From sequence record SRR20825019_2087: a stretch of DNA of 64,000 nucleotides; one strand, written 5' to 3'. The position numbers and the translations under genes are program-made. The notes below the pieces were generated by a model. It did not search any database and was not told the DNA's origin. It worked only from the letters and a program-made list of their open reading frames with translations. Of this stretch, positions 59,836 through 64,000 are shown piece by piece. The number at the start of each line of letters is the position of its first letter. The stretch's first letter is position 1.

Positions 59836-60249
59836 ATGGCAGATCTTAGAAAATTTGTGTGGAGCGGAACCCATGATGGAATGAAAGTCGATGTTTATTC
59901 GGGTTTCCCAAGAGTAGTTATTGGACATGGTGAAGTAAATGAATTGAAGCCACTTTACATTCGCGTTACAGGAACGTTAAATGTTCCGCGGAGAACAGAA
60001 ACGCTCGAAATTATTATGCCGAATGAAAGTGATACAGGGGTGTGTACCCTTGTTATGAGTGGGGTAAGACAGGACAACTGTCCTTATCGTGTACAGGGAA
60101 AGTCTTTATTTATCAAGCATCCTAGTGCTGAAATCAAAATTGACGCAGTCGATAGAAAGTACACTTGGGTAGAAATTTCAGGACTTATTAAATTGGCGTT
60201 TGGCTTGTGGCCACAAGGACATGCAATGACCGAGGAGGATCTCGCGTAG
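59836..60249 (+). CDS. Hypothetical beta-rich protein, 137 aa, no signal peptide
   Basis: Clean ORF with an A-rich Bacteroidota-type initiation region and its own terminator; no family recognised. Confidence 0.75.
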   Translation: MADLRKFVWSGTHDGMKVDVYSGFPRVVIGHGEVNELKPLYIRVTGTLNVPRRTETLEIIMPNESDTGVCTLVMSGVRQDNCPYRVQGKSLFIKHPSAEIKIDAVDRKYTWVEISGLIKLAFGLWPQGHAMTEEDLA

Positions 60250-60268
60250 ACTCCAATATCCAAGATAC

Positions 60269-60302
60269 AAAAAAGGAGAGGCCGTTTAGAGTCTCTCCTT
60301 TT
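60269..60302. terminator. Bidirectional intrinsic terminator
   Basis: AAAAGGAGAG...CTCTCCTTTT between convergent genes. Confidence 0.8.
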
Positions 60303-60360
60303 ATACGTTTACCTTTTTACGGAACAAACTTCATTGTTCAGCAGATTCAAGCGTTAAAAA

Positions 60361-62277
60361 CTATTCGTTTACGGACTTCGCGATCACCCATTTCTTGGTT
60401 CGAACATCTTGATAATTCTGCATTAATTCTTTAAATCGCTGTACTTCATCTTCTCCACTAATGTAGCGTTTGATGACCTTCACGGCATATACATACTGCA
60501 ATACATTCTCAGATTTTTGAAAAACATTCACAGAAATTTCCCCAATATCGTTGGAGAACGTTACCGTAGAAAGATCCTCCGCATTCGAAATTTTGGAGGA
60601 CGCCTGAACAAACACGGAAAAATTCATTTCTTTTAAAAACGGCAGAACCAAGTAATTCCCATACGTTTCATTGAGTTCATCACCCTGATAAAGACCGATT
60701 GGCAGCTCACTTGAAGCATTCATCCAAAAAAGTGAATCTTCGATTTCCGTTATAATTTCTTTAGAAACTTTCTCTCCTTCATACGTTACTTGGTATGGAT
60801 AAAAATCACTCACTTCTTTAGGATCGGGTAGAATTGAATCTTTTGAAATATTCAACTCTTCCAACCAGACCGATTTACTATTGCTTCTCGTTAAAAACGA
60901 ATAATGCCCTGTCAACTGATCTTTTCTACGAACGTTCAATTCTCCACCCTCTTCCCAATTAACGATTACCATTCCATTGTGTCGATTGTCTTTTCTGGTG
61001 CTTTCTGGAAGCGCATATCCACCAGATTGTTCTAGTTCATCTCCCCCAATCATAGTAATAGACTGATTTCCTTCGAGATAATATGGAATTTCATCCAGGT
61101 AATAGAACTTTCCTTCACCACTTGGCGGGAATAAAAAATGTGGTCGATCCAAATCGTCGTAAATCACTAAATAACGATGCGAGAGTTGTTCTAACGAAAC
61201 AAAACCTTGTTCAAATTTTCCATCGAGTAAACTTTTTGTAAATCCACGTTCTGCTTTGATTCCTTTTTCGTCCAGAAACTTTATAATAAAACGCATGAAT
61301 AACACGCCATCTATTTCCTTTCTTTTCAGAAAATCGCTCGATAATTTTAGATACTCTGTGCTTTTGGAGTTATTCCAAGTACATTCTGTTTCAAAAAAGT
61401 TGATGATTTTTTTGAGTTGAATAAGTTTATCATCGCCTGCATACAACACTCCTTCTTGTTCAAAATACTTATGAATCGAAAATGATTTATTGAAATTACT
61501 CGGATAGTTTCTAATCTCTGAATCGTACACTGCTTTGTAATCGATCGTTTCTCCAGGTGTCCATAAAGCATACACAAAACTCGGAGCAGTTGGAGGCAGC
61601 GCGTTGAAAAAATCCGTTTTCATACTTGCAACCCCTGTCTTTTCCCAAGAAACAGTTGGAATTCCCTTTTCTTCTTTCTGAATCGATTTTGGCATATTGT
61701 TCAAAGAGTATGCTGTTAGCTCCAATCGCGACATATTTCTCAAGGTAATTCGAGAATAAAGTGAAGGAATATCATCTTCAAGGTACATCAAATCAGAAAA
61801 GATATATCCCGGCAAATCCACTTGATAGGCAATGTCGATCACATCTCCCACTTGAACTTGAGGATATGCCAGTTGAAACCTTCTGACTGTTCGAGTTCCA
61901 TACTTATTCTTCTCTTTGGAAAACGTCTCAATAATTTGGTTTCCCGCAAGATTAATAATCGTTCCATCTGCTTTTAGCGTTCTAGCGTTAATCATCGCGA
62001 TACTTCCGCTTCCTGTTAGGAACATTTCGTGTTTACTGTATTTCTCGGCTGCTTTCTCAGAGTTAATGTAAATCCGTTTGAAAACGACGATTTGCATTTC
62101 AAACATATCCTTGAAGTCCAAGGTAGTTACGTTGTTCACGAAAAAGGCTGATTCTTTTTTGAGTGAATCTGGCACTTCAACTGGTGAAAACTCAGGCCAG
62201 ATATACGTTCCACGCGCACCATCGGCATGAGATAAAAATGCAAAAAGTAAAATGGTGATTGTCAGGATTGTTTTCAT
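60361..62277 (-). CDS. DUF3857-domain exported protein (transglutaminase-like, apparently non-catalytic)
   Basis: Signal peptide, ARTLK.DG, P.V.VGD.ID..Y; no recognisable GxC catalytic motif. Confidence 0.7.
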   Translation of the reverse strand: MKTILTITILLFAFLSHADGARGTYIWPEFSPVEVPDSLKKESAFFVNNVTTLDFKDMFEMQIVVFKRIYINSEKAAEKYSKHEMFLTGSGSIAMINARTLKADGTIINLAGNQIIETFSKEKNKYGTRTVRRFQLAYPQVQVGDVIDIAYQVDLPGYIFSDLMYLEDDIPSLYSRITLRNMSRLELTAYSLNNMPKSIQKEEKGIPTVSWEKTGVASMKTDFFNALPPTAPSFVYALWTPGETIDYKAVYDSEIRNYPSNFNKSFSIHKYFEQEGVLYAGDDKLIQLKKIINFFETECTWNNSKSTEYLKLSSDFLKRKEIDGVLFMRFIIKFLDEKGIKAERGFTKSLLDGKFEQGFVSLEQLSHRYLVIYDDLDRPHFLFPPSGEGKFYYLDEIPYYLEGNQSITMIGGDELEQSGGYALPESTRKDNRHNGMVIVNWEEGGELNVRRKDQLTGHYSFLTRSNSKSVWLEELNISKDSILPDPKEVSDFYPYQVTYEGEKVSKEIITEIEDSLFWMNASSELPIGLYQGDELNETYGNYLVLPFLKEMNFSVFVQASSKISNAEDLSTVTFSNDIGEISVNVFQKSENVLQYVYAVKVIKRYISGEDEVQRFKELMQNYQDVRTKKWVIAKSVNE

Positions 62278-63944
62278 TTATTCAACTTTATGGGTTTAGC
62301 TATAATTTCTTCCCAACCAGTGATTAATTCATCGTCTTCAAACTCTTTGGTGGAAGCTTTTCTTTGGAGTGGGTACATAAGTTTGATCCGATTCCCTTCA
62401 TTCTGAATCGTGATTGGCTGTTTTGGTTTATCTGCAAACTCCAGTGATTCATTCTGTTGTGAAAGTACAATCACGTTCACGTCTGAATCAAAGAGCGGAT
62501 AAGTATTGTTTTGACAAAGTGCTGTAATTATTGATGGGTTAAGAATGAATGACGGTTCCAATAAAGACTTTGAGCCAATTTTCGAAATCATTGTAGACTT
62601 CATCTGAGTACTTGCTACTAAAACAGCATCTCCTTCAGAAATCGTCAGGCTGTCCACCTTCCACTCGAGGTTTGTTGTATTTCTTAACATTCGTTCGATT
62701 GAGCGTTCAGGATCGTGTTCCTTCTTTGCCATATACTGAAAATAATTGCTCATTTTTCCCTGAGCGTCTATGTTCAAATGTACTTTCGCATTTTCAAGAT
62801 CAACGGTATACGTAAGTTCAACGCCATGAGGGAAAAGAGGCTCTGCGGGTACATCTAAATAATACCCTTCGTGTCTTCCGACTAGAAAAACTTCCGTTCC
62901 CAAAATCTGAATGCTCGGATCTCCAAATCGACAAACTTCTTCTGTTGCATCGAGAAAGAACCATTGATCAGACAATTTCAGTGCGCAAATAGTGTGATTA
63001 GCCGAACCAAGTGCTGGAAAATCGAGCTTTCCTTCTTTAGAATTTGTTCTTGAAATTGCTGAATATGCCTCCATTCCGAATGATCTGTAGAGTGCAGTAA
63101 GCAAAGTCGCCATATCTTTACAATCTCCCAAGCCATTTTGTAAAACCTGTTCGCAATGACGTGGAATAACCGCGTTAATACCATTTTCGACATCGATGTA
63201 ACGAATTTTCTCTTGAACATACGTGAAGCACGCTTCTGCCAATGCTCGTTGATCTCCCAGCTTCGCAATTTCCTTTAATTCCTTCGGAATCACTTGCTCT
63301 GAAATGACCAGTTGCGGATCTATGCGACTTTGAAACCAATCGGAAAAATACTTATTTGGATCAGCAGTTTTTGGATGAATTAAGAACTTCAATATTTCCA
63401 ATGAATCAAAACTCTCCTGTGAAAAGGAAACTTTTCCTTCAAACGACTTATTTAATGAAGTCGTCATCCGCATACTTTCGGGTAATGTGTATTCGTAGGT
63501 ACATCCTTCGGACTCAAAGAATCCTTTTTTAAACATTCGAGAAAGAAAGATCGTGTGTTTATCCTTCGTAGCAAAAACGACTTTAAATTTCATTCCTGCT
63601 GGAATCACGAATCTATAGTATTTTGTTCCTGTAAAGAAGGAATTCCAACTCATCGTTGAAATCGTAAGGTTATCTTTTAAACTAACAGTTTTCCATTTTC
63701 CTTTGCTCCACTCGCTCACTTCTAGCGATTGAAGTTCAGATAATTCGTTGACAGGAAATCCGATTCGCTCACCAAACAGCGAGGTGTTTTCTCCTTCAAT
63801 TTCAATGCGAGATTGATAATTGTTTGCATCCAAAACGGTATAAGAATGAGATTCGCGCGAAATGGTCAATCCTTCCTCCGAAAAGGAAAAAAACGACATT
63901 AGCAAAAGCAAATGAGTGAGAAGGGTTATTCTAAGCACAACCAA
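62274..63944 (-). CDS. Transglutaminase-like domain protein
   Basis: VQ.KIRY, GDCKD.A.LL, NH.I, FLDAT (Cys-His-Asp triad); ATGA overlap with the partner gene. Confidence 0.85.
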   Translation of the reverse strand: MVVLRITLLTHLLLLMSFFSFSEEGLTISRESHSYTVLDANNYQSRIEIEGENTSLFGERIGFPVNELSELQSLEVSEWSKGKWKTVSLKDNLTISTMSWNSFFTGTKYYRFVIPAGMKFKVVFATKDKHTIFLSRMFKKGFFESEGCTYEYTLPESMRMTTSLNKSFEGKVSFSQESFDSLEILKFLIHPKTADPNKYFSDWFQSRIDPQLVISEQVIPKELKEIAKLGDQRALAEACFTYVQEKIRYIDVENGINAVIPRHCEQVLQNGLGDCKDMATLLTALYRSFGMEAYSAISRTNSKEGKLDFPALGSANHTICALKLSDQWFFLDATEEVCRFGDPSIQILGTEVFLVGRHEGYYLDVPAEPLFPHGVELTYTVDLENAKVHLNIDAQGKMSNYFQYMAKKEHDPERSIERMLRNTTNLEWKVDSLTISEGDAVLVASTQMKSTMISKIGSKSLLEPSFILNPSIITALCQNNTYPLFDSDVNVIVLSQQNESLEFADKPKQPITIQNEGNRIKLMYPLQRKASTKEFEDDELITGWEEIIAKPIKLNK

Positions 63945-64000
63945 AGTTAAGCATCATTGAAAAATAATTGCAAGTTTTATTCACTATTTCACAACGTTTT

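Overview
AT-rich, gene-dense chromosomal segment from a Bacteroidota bacterium, most likely Flavobacteriales (Crocinitomicaceae/Cryomorphaceae-like; inferred from TAnnTTTG promoters, T9SS C-terminal sorting domains and gene content). Core genes include dnaB, gyrB, dinB, pdhA/pdhC, a second 2-oxoacid dehydrogenase E2, mtaB, mnmD, cdd and trpG, interleaved with accessory modules. I saw no rRNA, tRNA, CRISPR array, transposase or prophage. Top candidate for an undescribed system: a four-gene cassette at 56.8-59.6 kb encoding a NarL/LuxR response regulator, an internally duplicated protein ending in PCPPTC, a multi-pass membrane protein and a sensor-less histidine kinase. It resembles a peptide- or thiol-signalling circuit. 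It has a divergent candidate target gene and a palindromic operator layout that recurs 41 kb away in front of a candidate small RNA. Also notable: an ECF-sigma/MbnP/MbnH/YHYH putative copper module with a visible twin ECF promoter; an archaeal-type GAPDH homologue coupled to a phosphoglycosyl transferase; a twin-hairpin candidate sRNA; REP-like repeats; an unannotated 42-aa membrane microprotein; and several apparently leaderless genes. All family assignments come from motif recognition by eye; no database searches were run.
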